Shown here: in pieces, positions 42,686 through 56,186 of the stretch
Layout of the letters: each line of letters starts with the position of its first letter
How positions within the stretch are numbered: the first letter of the stretch is position 1
Assembly (NCBI RefSeq): GCF_000143415.4
Contig: NW_003314287.1
Location: forward strand, 270,203 to 334,202
Length of the DNA: 64,000 nucleotides
Direction: 5' to 3'
Origin: Selaginella moellendorffii
Lineage: Eukaryota; Plantae; Lycopodiophyta
Position numbers and translations under genes: made by a program
Notes under the pieces: generated by a model
Told to the model about the DNA's origin: nothing
What the model saw: only the letters and a program-made list of their open reading frames with translations
Database searches by the model: none

Positions 42686-42925
42686 ATGGCGATATCAAGG
42701 ATGGTTTATGTGGTTGTGATCTTGGCCGTGCTCCTCCTGTTTCTTCATGGCACTGCTGCTGCCAGGCCCTTCCAGTCTGTGAGCACAGTGGATTCAAAAC
42801 CACCAAGCAGAGGAAAACATTCTCCAGCCATTTCATCAGGATCACCAGGAATTATCAATAGTAATGGAAAAGCAGGAAGAACACCACCAGCAACAAAGGA
42901 AAGAAAACCAGCATATAACAACTAA
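42686..42925 (+). CDS. Small secreted peptide precursor (79 aa)
   Basis: Signal peptide MAISRMVYVVVILAVLLLFLHGTAAA|RP, a Ser/Pro/Gly-rich Cys-free body, and TATAAAA at ~42570. Confidence 0.7.
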   Translation: MAISRMVYVVVILAVLLLFLHGTAAARPFQSVSTVDSKPPSRGKHSPAISSGSPGIINSNGKAGRTPPATKERKPAYNN

Positions 42926-43347
42926 ATGCATCTCAAAGGCCATGCTAAATCATAATTTTGAATCTAACATTTTTATCACTAGCTACTGTACAATTGCCAA
43001 AAGCAGAGAAACTTCTTCTCCTGCAATGCAAACAGCAATGGCTTTCATGAGGCAGCTTCAAGGCCCTTGAAGAAACTATAGAGAAATCAGCAGAATTTTG
43101 TCATGGTTATTTGTTGACGTAAATGTGAATCCACATTTTATCACCGCCCGCGTAGAACTTTACCATCCTCTAATTCACCGACCATTGACCATAGACATTG
43201 TTATAATTGACCACGAGCATTGACCACAACTGTTGAAAGCAAGTTTTCCTGTGACACTACCAACACATTGTATGTGCTCTATAACATGTAGATGGGTATT
43301 TCTTCGTTTTTATCTTAGTACGATAGTATTCACAAGCTTCGTAAGTG

Positions 43348-46300
43348 TTAGTCGTGGGAAGTGGAGGACAGGGCGATTTGCAAATCGTCCGCTGTTCCAC
43401 ACGCAAACATTCGATGAGAGCAGCCTCGTTTTGGGGCCGAGGAGCTGGAGCTGGAGCTCCTCTTGGTCTTGTTCTTGCTGCCACCGCCACCGCCGCCGCC
43501 ATAGACAGCTTCCTTCTCGTAGCAAGTCAAGAGCACGTCCCTGTAGAGGGGCTCGTGCCCGTTTAAGAAGTTGCCCATTCGCAAGCTCTCCTCCCACGTC
43601 TCGCTCACGCTCTGCGAGCTAAACAGCTTTTCCGCTACCATCTCTCGGTCCCTGTATGAGAGCAAGGGCGCTGATGATGATGCTACTCCCTGGCAAAGGA
43701 AAACAATGGTCAGCTGAGAACTTTGACAAGAACATAGCTTCGGATTTGCGTTTGTTTGTCTACCTCTGTGCAGCGAAAGATCGAACTCAGCAGCGACTCC
43801 GACGCCTCTGGTAGCTTTTGACGCAACGACGCAGCTTCCGCAACCGCATCCTCGAGTTTCTCGAACGCAGCACACAGTTGCTTTAAGTCTCGCTCCCATT
43901 CGCTCATGTGGTGCTGCGCGTCCTTGTCTAGAAAACAAAACAGAGAACACTGAGCTGTCTAGTGGAAACATTCATAAGAAGACTCTACCTTGGATGGAAA
44001 GGCTTCCGAGAGGTGCTAAGGCCGCTGCCATTATCGCGTAGAACTCGTCAAAACGTTCAACCACAGGCTGGAGTTTGCATCCGGGAGTTCTCCACAGCAC
44101 GTCCGTGGCAGCGACGAAAGCAGTGGATACAATCTGTGCTAAAAGCTGATGAGGCTTCAGCGTTTCAAGGTAATGAAGAACCTGAAGAAACAGAAAAACT
44201 GTGGGTAAAAAGCTCAAAAGCGAACGGTAAGATAGTTACCTTCTCTCCCTCCCTTGTGAAGTCAAAAATTGGCCTTTGCTCCGAGGCAGGAGTTGGCTCT
44301 GCAGTTTCCCATATTTGCGCCCATACATTACCCGGTTCTCCCATTCGTCTCGAAAGCTTTCCTTTTGCTTTCTTAGTCTTTGAATCCGAGCCGTCGTCTT
44401 CAATCCAATCTCGAGGAGAGTGCCACCTTACAAAGTCTTCTAGCACAGCACCTGGATTTGCCGCCTTAAAAGCAGCCATATCTGATCATTCACAATACAA
44501 TGAGAATGCAGTCTGCAACAAAAAAGAGCAAGCACACCTGAAGCTAGAATATCACTTTGTAAGCGAATTCGGGCAGCTTTACCCTGTGTGAGTTCCAACC
44601 TGAGCACTTGAAACACTAAAACTTCATTATACTTACACTAGGAGAGTTCTCTAGAGCTACCAGTGCGTGTTCCCGTTCCTCTAACATGTCCTCAGTCATA
44701 ATTGGCGGAGTCTAGCAGCAGAAAATAACATAAGTCCCTGGAAAACAACGTGTGTGGCACTTACCTGGGTCATAGGCACATGGAGAGGCTTATTCGAGCT
44801 TGACAAAACTGAATTGCCAAACGGTCCCGCTGAGCCTTTCCTGTGTTCGTTATTAAAGAACAAGTCTATATTCATGTTGTCATCTACGCTGGATAATTTG
44901 GTCTTTTTTGAGCTCGAGGATAGCTCTGCATCACTACTTCCCGTCTCCTACAATGCAATTGCGTTAGAGAGACATTGTTCAAGGATGTGCTGACACAGCC
45001 TCACCTTTCTAGCTGATGTTTCTCCCTTAGCGTCATCAGAAGCTTTTCTTAGTTTGATACACGTTGCGAGCTAAAATGTTAAGGACAAGATTAACACTTG
45101 GAAGAAAAAAGTTCATGAGCTTACCATCTGCAGCTTCTGTTGGCTTAAGCAAGTCGAGAAATCCGGAGTTTCGTCAGCTAAAGTTCTTGGCAACAGTTGC
45201 CGCTCCTCCCAACACCAATTCACTTCTCGTAAAAACTCAATCCAGAGTTGAGCAATAGCTCGGATGTTGCAATCGCCAAACCATAACACATGTAGACAAA
45301 AACGACCAAACAGCGAATCCGGTGGTGCTGCTTTGATCATACGAGCACTTTCATTGGCGTATCCAAAAGCCTTAGGCGCTGGTATAAGACCAAAAAAGTT
45401 TTTCAGAAAGTCGCTTTCAAACTGTAAGATCTACCTTGGAAAAATATGTCTTTCAAAATTCGATCTAGAACAGTAGTCGGAGGTACCTTGCAAGACTGTA
45501 CATTCTTTTCTAGCTCAGGCTTAGTCACTGGATAGAGGGTAATTAGCTTTTTCTCCATACAGCTGGTAGAAAAAAACGAGCTTACCATTTACAAAATCTT
45601 CCATAAATTCCGTTTCTTTCGAGAAAACAAATGCCTTAACTAGTCGTCTCAATCTCCCAGTGAAACCAGATGCTTCATCTCCATTCTCGTGTCTGTAACG
45701 TGGATTTCAGAGAAGTCAACTCGTTTGTAAGTCTCACGTACCGAGTAAGAAGCGGTCTTAGCATCCAGCGGTCTGCATCGAATGTAGAGGCATTCTCAAA
45801 CTCCGCCATCTCGAAAGAGTTCGACACATACCTGCTTCTCCAAACAGCAATCAGCTCGAAACCTGCATAGAAGACACCAAATTATAGCGACAGCGATGAC
45901 GGAAATTTTCATGCCTTTTACAGGATCTTCCACGGAGTGCCACTCGGCCCACTGAAAGTTATCATCCCACAGGGATGTGTCGACCATTTCACTGTCTTGG
46001 CCGTCTCCTTGTTCTCCTGCGAGTGGTCCGTGTTCGAATAAATAATGCGAAGTTGCATATGTTAGTCTCATGGTGAATCCCAGCCCCGGTACGTCTTCTA
46101 CAGCACCCTTCAATAATCAACGCTACAGAAGATGAAAAACTTGAATTGAAACACTAAACATGCGCAAAAGCAAGCATACCAGTTTGGACATGAACAAGTC
46201 GTACAGTCCCTCCAGGTGCATTAGCTTTATTGGTACCTGTCTCCCAATCCTGTCAGCTTCAAATTTTATCGACGAAAGGCCTTCCAAGCTTTCGATTCCC

Positions 46301-47034
46301 ATGTACGCTTTCCGGGTTGGATCGTGCACGGGTACAAAAACAGGCCACGAGCTGAAAACACAGAGCATAATCAACCGAACGAACAACAAAAAGTAAAGAG
46401 CGACAGACCTTCCACAGTTTGATAATGCAATCGAGACTGTGCTCAGCAGCATGGTTGCCTCCGGAGCATCAAGAAGAACGCCACTCAAACTGACCGGCGC
46501 GATCAGCTGGAAAAAAAAGCAACCAAGGAATGAAGTTTCAATGCGTGAAAGAACACACTCACCACAAAATCGTGCACTCCAAACCAGAGCTGCAAATGAT
46601 GTAAGCCCTCTTGCCAGTCTTCCGCTCCATGTCTACTACTTCTTTCACCGAAGAAGAACTCGAGGCGATAGTTTTTCTGTCCCTGTGAAATTTCCGTGTG
46701 CACAGAGTATAAATCCAAAAGATCCTCCACACGCTTAGCTCCAGCATCCTGGTTTTCATACGAAGTAAAAGGGAAAAAATTCCAGCTTCATCGACGAAAT
46801 TCCTACCAGCAATGCATTCTTTCCAGCGTTCTGCCACTCCAGGCACGCCGACTCCACAGCTGCGATGAATCTACACGCACACAGCGAAATCATCAACAGC
46901 CCTACAAGAATCCTCGACCAAACCTCTCCCACGACGACGACACAGTGAAGTCCTTGAATCCGTCGAGCTAATCGCAAACAATGTGAGCACTTCGGTACGA
47001 TCGAGCACACGCATACCTCCTCCGCGTCCTCCAT
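43348..47034 (-). CDS. Rab3 GTPase-activating protein catalytic subunit, multi-exon
   Basis: DFTVSSSWERFI, HHLQLWFGV, VPVHDPTRKAY, IKAAPPDSLF, AQLWIEFLREV, MAAFKAANPGAVLEDFVRWHSPRDW and IFDFTREGEKVLHYL. Confidence 0.92.
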
Positions 47035-47181
47035 TTCTGTGCGCCCTAGCTGCCCTAAAAGGAAAAAAATAAAATGGTTTAAGGAGTTTCGCTGGAACCC
47101 TAAATTTAAAATGCGCTAGAACCCTAAAACTCCTGCCACGTGGCATCTTCGTTCGTTTCGCGAAAGCTCATTCCCCACTGC

Positions 47182-47898
47182 ATGACAGCACTCGCGCCAC
47201 GGGAAGAACTCGCGCGAGGGTTCGATTGGCCAGAGCTGCGGCTCGGGAATGATCCGGAACAGCCGCGGCGCTGCGAAATTCCTTCTTGGATCCACGATTT
47301 CGCGTGCACCGCCTACTTCGATGCCTGTTCGTGCTCCCGGTGCGGGTGGACAAGATATTTCTGCATCGACTGCTCTCGGGAAATGTGCGATTCGTGCCGC
47401 TGCGCCCACGCGATGGAGCATCGGTTCATCCAGGTTCGAGTTTTGTTTTTTTTTCTTTCGCTCGCCAGGAGCTGATGGTTTTTTCTTGCGATCCAGGTGC
47501 GCCGGGCGTCGCATCGCGATTGTGTAGACCTTAATGACGCGGGCGATCACCTCGAAACGAGGGGAATCCAAACGTATACAAACAACCACAAGCCGATCAT
47601 CTTTCTCCGCGGCAAACCCAGATCAGATGGAGAGGCCAGGAGCACTCGCGGTTGGAAAAAGCCTTGTCTTGGCTGTGGGAAGAGCTATCTGTCGGCAGAA
47701 GCTAAGTTCTGCTCGATTACCTGCAAGGTATTCCTTCGATTTCCCCTTAGCACTTTCTCCAGACTACTGTCGTTCTTCATGTCTAGATTTCTTTCCTTCT
47801 TCTTTCTCTTTGGCCTGAGATAGCGTTTGATCTTGCTATGTTTCTTCCCCTCTTTCGGCCTTTAGATAGATGGATTCTTTGGACGGCATTCTTCTTAG
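47182..47898 (+). CDS. PLATZ-family zinc-dependent DNA-binding protein; exons 47182-47433, 47497-47727, 47866-47898
   Basis: YFCIDC...CDSC...H...HRFIQ|VRRASHRDCV...RGIQTYTNNHKPIIFL...CLGC...KFCSITCK follows the PLATZ pattern. Confidence 0.85.
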
Positions 47899-49315
47899 TT
47901 GATCCGATGTTGCTCGGTTCTTTGATTCTAATGCTCTCTTTTCTGGCACATACATCCACCCACGCCTTGCCGCAAAAGGGTCCATAGGAGGAAGGGAATT
48001 CCCCACAGAGCACCAATGTAGATAGAGCTCATGTCCATGGAGCTTGATGGAGTGACTAGGGTACCCAGGTTTCATAACTGTTACAAAAGGAAGATTCTTA
48101 AATCTCAAACTTGATTGACGAAAGATAATTAACACAAGGTTGACAAAGTCTGAATTTTACATTAGAATATGCCATGAAAATTAGAGCAATCCATATGGGT
48201 GTGACCTTCATCTTACCACCACGCTCTACAAAGTTCTAAAAATATAGTAAAGATAGTGAAGTTTAAGAACCATCAACTGTCACTGTGGAGATAATATCTA
48301 TCAATATCATATTGTAAACATTAATGTTTGATTGGGAAAAGATTCGAACCCGACGCCAACTCCTAACGGTAAACCAGACTCCATGTGGCATCCGGCGTGG
48401 AGTGCTGACGTGTCAAGCACGTTGGATACCACTGTTGAGAGACTTTGGCCGGCCGTTCTTTTCGTCTTGGATTTGACGCCCCGGGGGGCCTTTCTTCTCT
48501 CTTCCGCCATGCTTCTAGGGTTCCGGGAGGCGACGGGGCAAGAACAGCGCATCCCCCATGGATCGATTGATTCGCTCAGGTACGGATGGCGAGCTCGGCG
48601 CTTCGCTGCATTCTCTGGCAATCTCTGGGAAGATTCTGTAGTAATCTGACAGGATTCTCTGGGTGTCTCGATGGAATCTTAGGTTCTTTGCGATGCTCGG
48701 TTCTTGATCCGCAACTTGCGATTGCAGCTCCATCGAGGTGAGAGATTCCATTCCTCCGCAAACGATGCCTATTGGATGATTTCTTGCTTTCTTTGTGTCA
48801 CGTATTGGACAAATTTTTTTTTTTCTCTTCTCGTGAGTCGTGGTATTGTGTGATTCATAGCTTGCACAGGACAAGATTTTTCGTCTTTTGCAGTCGTCTT
48901 GTCATGCTTCGGTGCCAAGTTGCTGACTTGCTGTTCATTAGGACAAAACCATAGCTCGATGATCTTTTGATCTTTCTTTCTTCCATGGTTCATGGATTCT
49001 TTGCTTCTTCTTCTGTTGCTGTGATGGCTTGACTTGTCGATTGTTTTTCCTGTTGTTAAGTGCTTAGCGAAGCAAGCGACTTTGGCTTTTTTCGTTTCTT
49101 TTTTTTTTCTCCGTGTATATCACTCTGGTTTTTTTTTTCTTCGTTCAGTTCATGTGTCCTAATGCATTAGTGCCGTGTTGCAGGCGCATATATTTTGGAG
49201 ATTGGTAGGACCTTCTGACAAGACAGCACCAATGCATTGTGGACGCTCATCAAACTCTGGCAGCAACGATTCTAGTCGCCCTAGGAGAAGAAAAGCAGGC
49301 GAGGACTCGTGAGTG

Positions 49316-50560
49316 ATGGAGGAAAGACAGGCCAGGGGGCGAAACTTTGCGAGAAAGTTCCTGGGCTTTATGTCCTCCAAGAGAAAGCGAGATGAAGAAA
49401 AGAAGCGGATGGATCTGTGGAAAGCTATGCGAGATTCTAGCGTGGAAAGACTAGCTGCGGTCATTGCCTCGGCAAGAACGGAATTTGGCGATCAGCTCGA
49501 CGATCTATGCTCAGATGCGGAAGGCGTCCTGCAGAGGTTACTCCGAGAAGGCAGAGCAACAGGTACTCACAGAAAGATTACGCTAAGGGAGAGATTGTTA
49601 CTAGCGGATATAGAGGCGAGTAGTCAACAGCAGCCATTACTGCCGCAAGAAACGTCCACCGCAGTACCGAGAGAGAATTGCTCCGGGAACTCGGAGATTG
49701 TACCAGCAGCAACAGCAGCAGATGCTCCTCCGGTGATCCAAGCCGTGCTGACTTTAGTGAGGCCGGCATCCACGACCGAGATCCAGCAGCAGTCCAATCC
49801 AGAAGTCGCCGGAGGAGAAGGGGCTTCTTTAGCCGCACAGCCGCTGTCGGGAAATCAAAACACGACCAGTGGAAGAAGACTTCTCAGTGCACTGCTCTGG
49901 GAGGAGCGCAACTTAGATGGTCCGGATCAGGGGCTGACGGAGGGATGGGTCGCATTTGGCGTCACTGCTCCGATCCACTTCGACCACTCGAGGAGCCAGT
50001 CCGTGGCCAGCGAGCTGAACAGGGTCGGCTTCCACCGCCCGAGCGCATCACTGGACGCTCCACCGGAAGCAGCAGCAGCAGCAGCAGCGGCGGCGGCGGC
50101 AGCGGCAGCTCCCACTCGGAGTTTAAGTTCGTTCATGACTTCCACGCCGAGTTCTCGAGACGCTAGTACCGCCACAGTTCCCGAGACTCCAATGCGGGTG
50201 TCTCTCATGTCCTTGCTCCGGGAGGCCGAGGAGGGAGGAAGCGGGATCATCTTCATGAACAGGCAAATGATAGACAGGAACAGTGGTGGCGGTGGCGGTG
50301 GCGGTGCTGGCGGCGTAGCTTTCGAGTCCCCGGCCAAGGAAGCCACAGGACTTACAGGAGGAGGAGGATCAAACGTAGTAACAGGGGACGGGATAACGAT
50401 GGAACAGACGTGCTGCGTTTGTATGGGACGCCAAAAGGGGGCGGCCTTCATACCGTGCGGCCATACCTTTTGTAGGAGGTGTTGTAAAGAGCTCCAGCAA
50501 GCAAGAGGGAGCTGTCCACTTTGCAACAAGGAGATAAGCGACGTCCTCAATCTTTACTGA
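49316..50560 (+). CDS. C-terminal RING-HC E3 ubiquitin ligase
   Basis: CCVCMGRQKGAAFIPCGHTFCRRC...CPLCNKEISDVLNLY, with RVSLMSLL and ITLRERL motifs. Single coding exon. Confidence 0.9.
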   Translation: MEERQARGRNFARKFLGFMSSKRKRDEEKKRMDLWKAMRDSSVERLAAVIASARTEFGDQLDDLCSDAEGVLQRLLREGRATGTHRKITLRERLLLADIEASSQQQPLLPQETSTAVPRENCSGNSEIVPAATAADAPPVIQAVLTLVRPASTTEIQQQSNPEVAGGEGASLAAQPLSGNQNTTSGRRLLSALLWEERNLDGPDQGLTEGWVAFGVTAPIHFDHSRSQSVASELNRVGFHRPSASLDAPPEAAAAAAAAAAAAAAPTRSLSSFMTSTPSSRDASTATVPETPMRVSLMSLLREAEEGGSGIIFMNRQMIDRNSGGGGGGGAGGVAFESPAKEATGLTGGGGSNVVTGDGITMEQTCCVCMGRQKGAAFIPCGHTFCRRCCKELQQARGSCPLCNKEISDVLNLY

Positions 50561-51018
50561 GCGATGGTGGTAAGCTTTTGGAGCTCTTGTTTTTTTTCTC
50601 TTGATCTTTGCTCTAGCTTGTGATAGATCAAACCAAGGCCTGGGCCTTGGTTTGAATGGAGGATTGAATGGAGGAGGATTGAATGATCGAAGTCATTCTT
50701 TTGGCAACGGTTTCGATTTCTCGCTCGAGCTGGACTGAGACGATGGGTGTCAAAAGACGCGAAAGCTCCGTACTACTGTTGGTCCTCGAGCCTGGGAGTC
50801 TCGACGGTGGTGATTCTGCCACGTTTCAGAAACCAACGGCCAGGATGTCGTGATTAGAATGTGATTTAAAACTTTCGTGCTGTGCTTCCCCATAACAAAT
50901 GCGAGAAGAATCAGACTCATAGATCCTTTTCTTTGCTTGAAAGTTTTGGCTCGCGCCCTTGTAGCTACGAGAATTGCCTAGGGTTCTTGATCAGGTGATT
51001 GCCCTCTCTGGTTAGGAG

Positions 51019-54000
51019 ATGGAGATGGAGGCGCCCGAGAGCGGCGGATATGTGGAGCTCTTCGTGCGGAATATCAGCTACCAGGCAAGCGTCGAGCAAT
51101 TCGTGGAATTTCTTGAGGGCGTGGTCGGGCGCGAGAGTGTGATTTCTTGCGAGCTGCTCAGCAACGACAATGGCCGCTCCAAAGGCCGGGCGATCGTCAA
51201 GCTTTCGACGGAACACGCCGCGGTGGTGCTGCATAGAGCTGGGCTGGGCCTGCGATTCGCTGGAAGAAAACTCGTGGCCAATGTAAGCAACAGGGTCCAG
51301 CACAACCCGCAGCATCCAAATGCCCGGGCAGGGAGCGCGAAGCTCTACTGTGGGAATTTGGCCGAGGATCAAACGGTGGAGTATCTGTGGTGCTCGTCCC
51401 AAGCCAAGGCCGAGTTTTTCTTCTCGGACCCTGTCAAGGTGGAGCTTCTTGTCGACGGCGACTACAAAATGGAGATCATATCAAGCAGCATTGCCTCGCT
51501 CGAGAGCTGTAAGATCTCTCCCGAGAATTCTCCAGGCCTCGTGTTCCAGGTAATCTTTCTAACTTCGACTCAAAGATTTTCTTCGCTGTCTTTCACTTTT
51601 TCTTTCCAGCTCTATTATCCTCCTCGCGTCTACAAGCGACTCGAAAACTCCTGCAGCATTTTCTCATACTCCAGAGCAGATATCTGCGACGACTATCTCT
51701 GGGCTCGTGCCACCGATTTTACTCCTGACAGTGCACTTGGCCAGTCGGTGGTGTTCTGCCTCGAGCTCCCGGATTCTTCCCAAGACGAGCTACGCAAGAT
51801 CATCCAGAAGTTTAATGACTACAACTTGGGCGACTATCCTCCTCGCTTCAGACGAATGGTGTTGAGGAGAGGCCAGCCTTTTTCAGTCCGTCAGCTAGCC
51901 GTGCCGGTTCTCAGCTCGACCTGTGGATTTGATCTTCCTTTGGAGGTGGAGTTCAAGGTAAACTATTTGATCCAAAATGGCCACGTCAGTCCAGCAGGTC
52001 TTACACGTGAGTTCTTCGGCTTGCTATCCGAGAACACGCCAGCATGGTGCCTCTCGGCTTTGAGCAATCTCGAAAGGTGCGAAAAAACGTGCCTAAATCC
52101 CGCAAGTCAGATCCGAAACTATATGAGGACCAGCAACAGAAGACGCGAGAGGTATCTTGGGGCTGTAGCCGCGGATGAAAGCCAGATATATGTCAAGCGT
52201 TTGCTCGTCACTCCTCTCAAAGTCTACTTCCTCGGACCTGAGCTCGAGGAGTCGAATCGCGTGACAAGGCATTTTTCTCACAAGCTCGACAACTTTCTCC
52301 GCGTCACTTTCGTCGACGAGGACTTTGATTCGCTCAACTCTTATGTTCTCAGCTCGAGCAGGGGAAGGACGAAGACTGAAGTCTACTATCGGCTGCTGGC
52401 TATCCTACGGCTCGGCATAAAGCTCTGCGGCAAAGACTTCCAGTTTCTGGCCTTTTCAGCGAGCCAGTTGCGTGAGAATTCGCTCTGGATGTTTGCGGAC
52501 GACGACGAGGTTACCGGCGAGTACATTAGGCAATGGATGGGTGACTTCCTCTCGATCAGAAACGTGGCAAAGTGCGCAGCAAGGATGGGCCAGAGCTTCT
52601 CTACTTCAACTCGTACTTTGGACGTGCCTCGGGGAGAAGTCCGTCAGCTAAGCGACGTAGAAACCTTCACCATGGACGGTCATAAGTATTGCTTCTCGGA
52701 CGGGATAGGGACCATCTCGAGAGAGTTTGCGACTCGAGTCGCGAGAAGATGTCGTGCAAGCACCGTCCCTTCGGCATTCCAGATCAGGTATGGAGGCTAC
52801 AAAGGCGTTGTCGCTGTGGATCCGGCCTCTTGTTTCAAGTTATCGCTACGACCAAGTATGTCCAAGTTTCCGTCCGAGCAAACTACTCTGGACGTTCTGG
52901 AGAAGACGCGCTACATTCCGTCCTATCTAAACCGCGAGATTATCTCCCTGCTTTCGACACTGGAAGTCCCTGACGGAGTCTTTGAGCGAATGCAAGCGCA
53001 CCAAGTAGAGCTTCTCGACAGGATGCTGCTGGACTCGGCAGCTACTTACGACGTTCTCAGAGTTTTATACGCTGGAGAGTGCCACAAGCTGCTGGTCTCA
53101 ATGGTGCTCGCTGGTTTCAGTCCGGTCACTGAGCCTTACATGAGAAGCTTGCTACAAGCTTTCAGAGCGGCGCAGCTGCTATCTCTCGAGAAGAAGTCTC
53201 GTATCTTCGTTCCAAAAGGAAGGCTACTTATGGGGTGCTTGGACGAGCAGCGAGTGCTTCGGTATGGACAGTGCTTTGTGCAAGTCTCGCCACTACAGGG
53301 TGTGCCGGTGGAAGAAGAGATTCACTGTGACAGGGGAGTTACTGCCAGGAACCAAGCTTTTGTGGTGACAGGATCTGTGGTGGTCGCAAAGAATCCATGC
53401 CTTCATCCAGGAGACGTGCTAGTACTCGAAGCGGTTGATGTTCCGGAGCTTCACCACATGGTCGATTGCATTGTTTTCCCTCAACAAGGACCACGGTCAG
53501 TTCTCGTTTCTGTTGTCATATCAGTTCTCTGTGTGCTACTTTTACAGGCCCCATCCAAACGAGTGCTCGGGAAGTGATCTCGACGGCGACCAGTACTTCG
53601 TGAGCTGGGATAGCGCACTTATCCCTCCAAAGCGACATCCACCGATGAATTACGAAGCCCCGCCTGCCGTGGAACTGGATCACTCCGTAAGGCTTGAGGT
53701 AATTTTGCTGGAAAAATGTTTGTCCAGCAGTCTATCCCGTGGTTTACGTTCTCAGGAGATTCAAGAGTTTTTTGTGAACTGGATAACGAGCGACAGCCTC
53801 GGAGTGATAGCACACGCCCACCTCGCTCTCTCGGACTGGTCAGACTTGCAAGCCCGCGATCCAAAGTGCATGGAGCTGGCGAGGCTCTACTCGGTAGCAG
53901 TCGATTTCCCAAAGACCGGAGTTCCAGCCGTTATGCCACCGGAGCTTCGGCCCGAGCAGTATCCCGACTTCATGGAGAAACGGAACAAGAGGACATACAT

Positions 54001-54508
54001 ATCCACACGCGTTATCGGAAAGCTCTACAGATCCATCCGAGAAAGCCACAGGGACACCAACACGAGCCCTCTGGTGTCCGAGCGTTCATTCGACCAGCAA
54101 TACGATCGGGCGCTCGTCGTCCAGGGGTACCAGAGTCACCTGGAAGAGGCAAAGTTCTTCAAGGAGTGCTACGACAGCAAGCTGACGAGCATTCTCAATC
54201 ACTACAAAGTTAGCGAGGCCGAGATTATGAGTGGAAGCGTCCGGAGTTTGGCGAGGTACTCGAGGAGGAGGCAGGGCGACGCCATGGCTCGAGTGGTGCT
54301 GGCTGCCAAGGCTCTGGTGAAGGAAGCTCGGGGATGGTTTGACGATGGTGGCGAGATCACTGAGAACGAGGCCTGTGCCAAGGCTTTTGCGTGGTATCAC
54401 GTAACTTATCATCCGGAAGCCAGGAAGAAGAGTGATCTCCTGAGTTTTCCATGGGTGGTCTCCGACAAGCTTGTGGCGATTAAAAAGAGGAACTCCGCGA
54501 GATCATAA
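51019..54508 (+). CDS. RNA-dependent RNA polymerase, RDR-alpha (RDR1/RDR2-like); introns 51550-51609, 53496-53547, 53699-53755
   Basis: N-terminal RRM; SNRVTRHF, FLAFSASQLR, KCAARMGQSFS, YCFSDGIG, SAFQIRYGGYKG, KNPCLHPGD, catalytic SGSDLDGD, AVDFPKTG and WYHVTYHP. Confidence 0.95.
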
Positions 54509-54728
54509 TATTTTAACTTTTATTTAGATAAACGAAATGCTTACTAAAAAATTGGATTTTTTTTAAATTAGGGTTTTGTGATATATCAATATATTATATT
54601 TATTCAGTAAAATGCATTGCATTTTAACCCGTTAGGTTCAGAAAACACAAACTATGCTTCCTTAAATACTAAAGTGTTTGCCAGCCTGGTCATCTGTAAT
54701 GGCCTATTTCTGTAAACACCAAGTTCAA

Positions 54729-55790
54729 ATGAAAGCCATCAATGTTGTTGTGTTCTTTTTAGTTGTATGCTTTCAATTGTCACAAGCTGCTTGATCCAAT
54801 TCTAATGAAAATTGTGGTGTTATTCAAGGATTGCTTATCTTTGGAGATTCAGCTCTAGATGCTGGGCAAAACACTTACATTCTGGGCTCTAGGATTATGA
54901 GTGCTGTTCTGCCATATGGGAAATTGTACTTTGACGGTCGTTGGACACATGGTTACACAATAGGGGATTTTCTTGCTCAGGCATTTGGGCTTCTGTTGTT
55001 TCTGCCATACCTCCAACCTGGAACCAACTTTAGTAGTGGTGTCAACTTTGCATCTGCTGGAGCAGGTTTGTTGGATGAAACAAATACTCATCAAGTAAAC
55101 TTTTATATAGATTCTCATGGTGTAGAAAAGATACTAATACTTCTTTTGTATTAGGGAGTTGTTTCCATGAAGCAATAGCTGCACCAGTTCTGCAATGTCA
55201 TAGATGGGTATAAAAGGGTTAGAGGAGCAGACTCTACTATTGAGTTCTTGAAGAACTCATTAATTATGTTTAGTATGGGAGTGAATGATATAACTAATGT
55301 TATACTTGGAAACTTACTACTCTTTTAAGAGATGTTGAATACTTACTTTCATGCAATCTTAAGTTATGTTATGATTGAATATTTGTAATGTTTAGATTTG
55401 CAAGAGATTTATAATTAAGGTATTAAATATATCCTCCTCTTTTTGGCATTACCATTAGGATGCATTCCAAATTTGAGATTTCTTTTAGCACAAAATGAAA
55501 ATATAAACTTAACTCCAAAGGGTTGCATAAGTGGTATTAACATTCTTATCAATTACTATAATGCCTAGATTCAAAATCTTGCAATCAAAATTCACAATGA
55601 CTACCACACTTTAAACATTGTGACATTGAACCCAACAACTACTGTCTTAATTGTCTTGAACAACCCTGACATATATGGTAAACTTGATTGATTTTTTGCT
55701 TTTCTCTTTTTGATATAATTCAATGATCTCAAGTTTTAAAGATGCAAAAAAAGCATGTTGTGGCAGTGGTTCATTTAATGCAATAGAGCT
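54729..55790 (+). pseudogene. GDSL esterase/lipase pseudogene
   Basis: Signal peptide, FGDSALDAG, PYLQPG and GVNFASAGAG. Premature stops and AT-rich decay downstream (ACCGSG remnant at ~55755). Confidence 0.85.
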
Positions 55791-56186
55791 TTATACTAAT
55801 GTTGATAAACATGATTGGAAGCCAAATCACAAAAATAAATACTAACAATCTGTCTTTGACAACAATAAATTTACTGAAGTTAGGAACTAAATGATGTTGA
55901 GGAATTTTTTGTATAAATCTTGCCATAACAAAGCCTAATAACCTTAATTTCTTCCTCTTTAGATTTACAATCCCCAAACCCGCCACCAAAGCCTTAGAAA
56001 GAGTTTAGTGAATTATTTAAAATAAATATAAATACATCATTTTGTACAGTATAATTTTCTTAAAATAAACGTTGAATTAAACAATTAATAGTTTGACAAA
56101 ATGATGACATGATTTTCAACTATGACTTGTAGAAACTACACGTAACCTCGAATCTCGACTTCATGCATTAGCAGAATTCCAATCCA

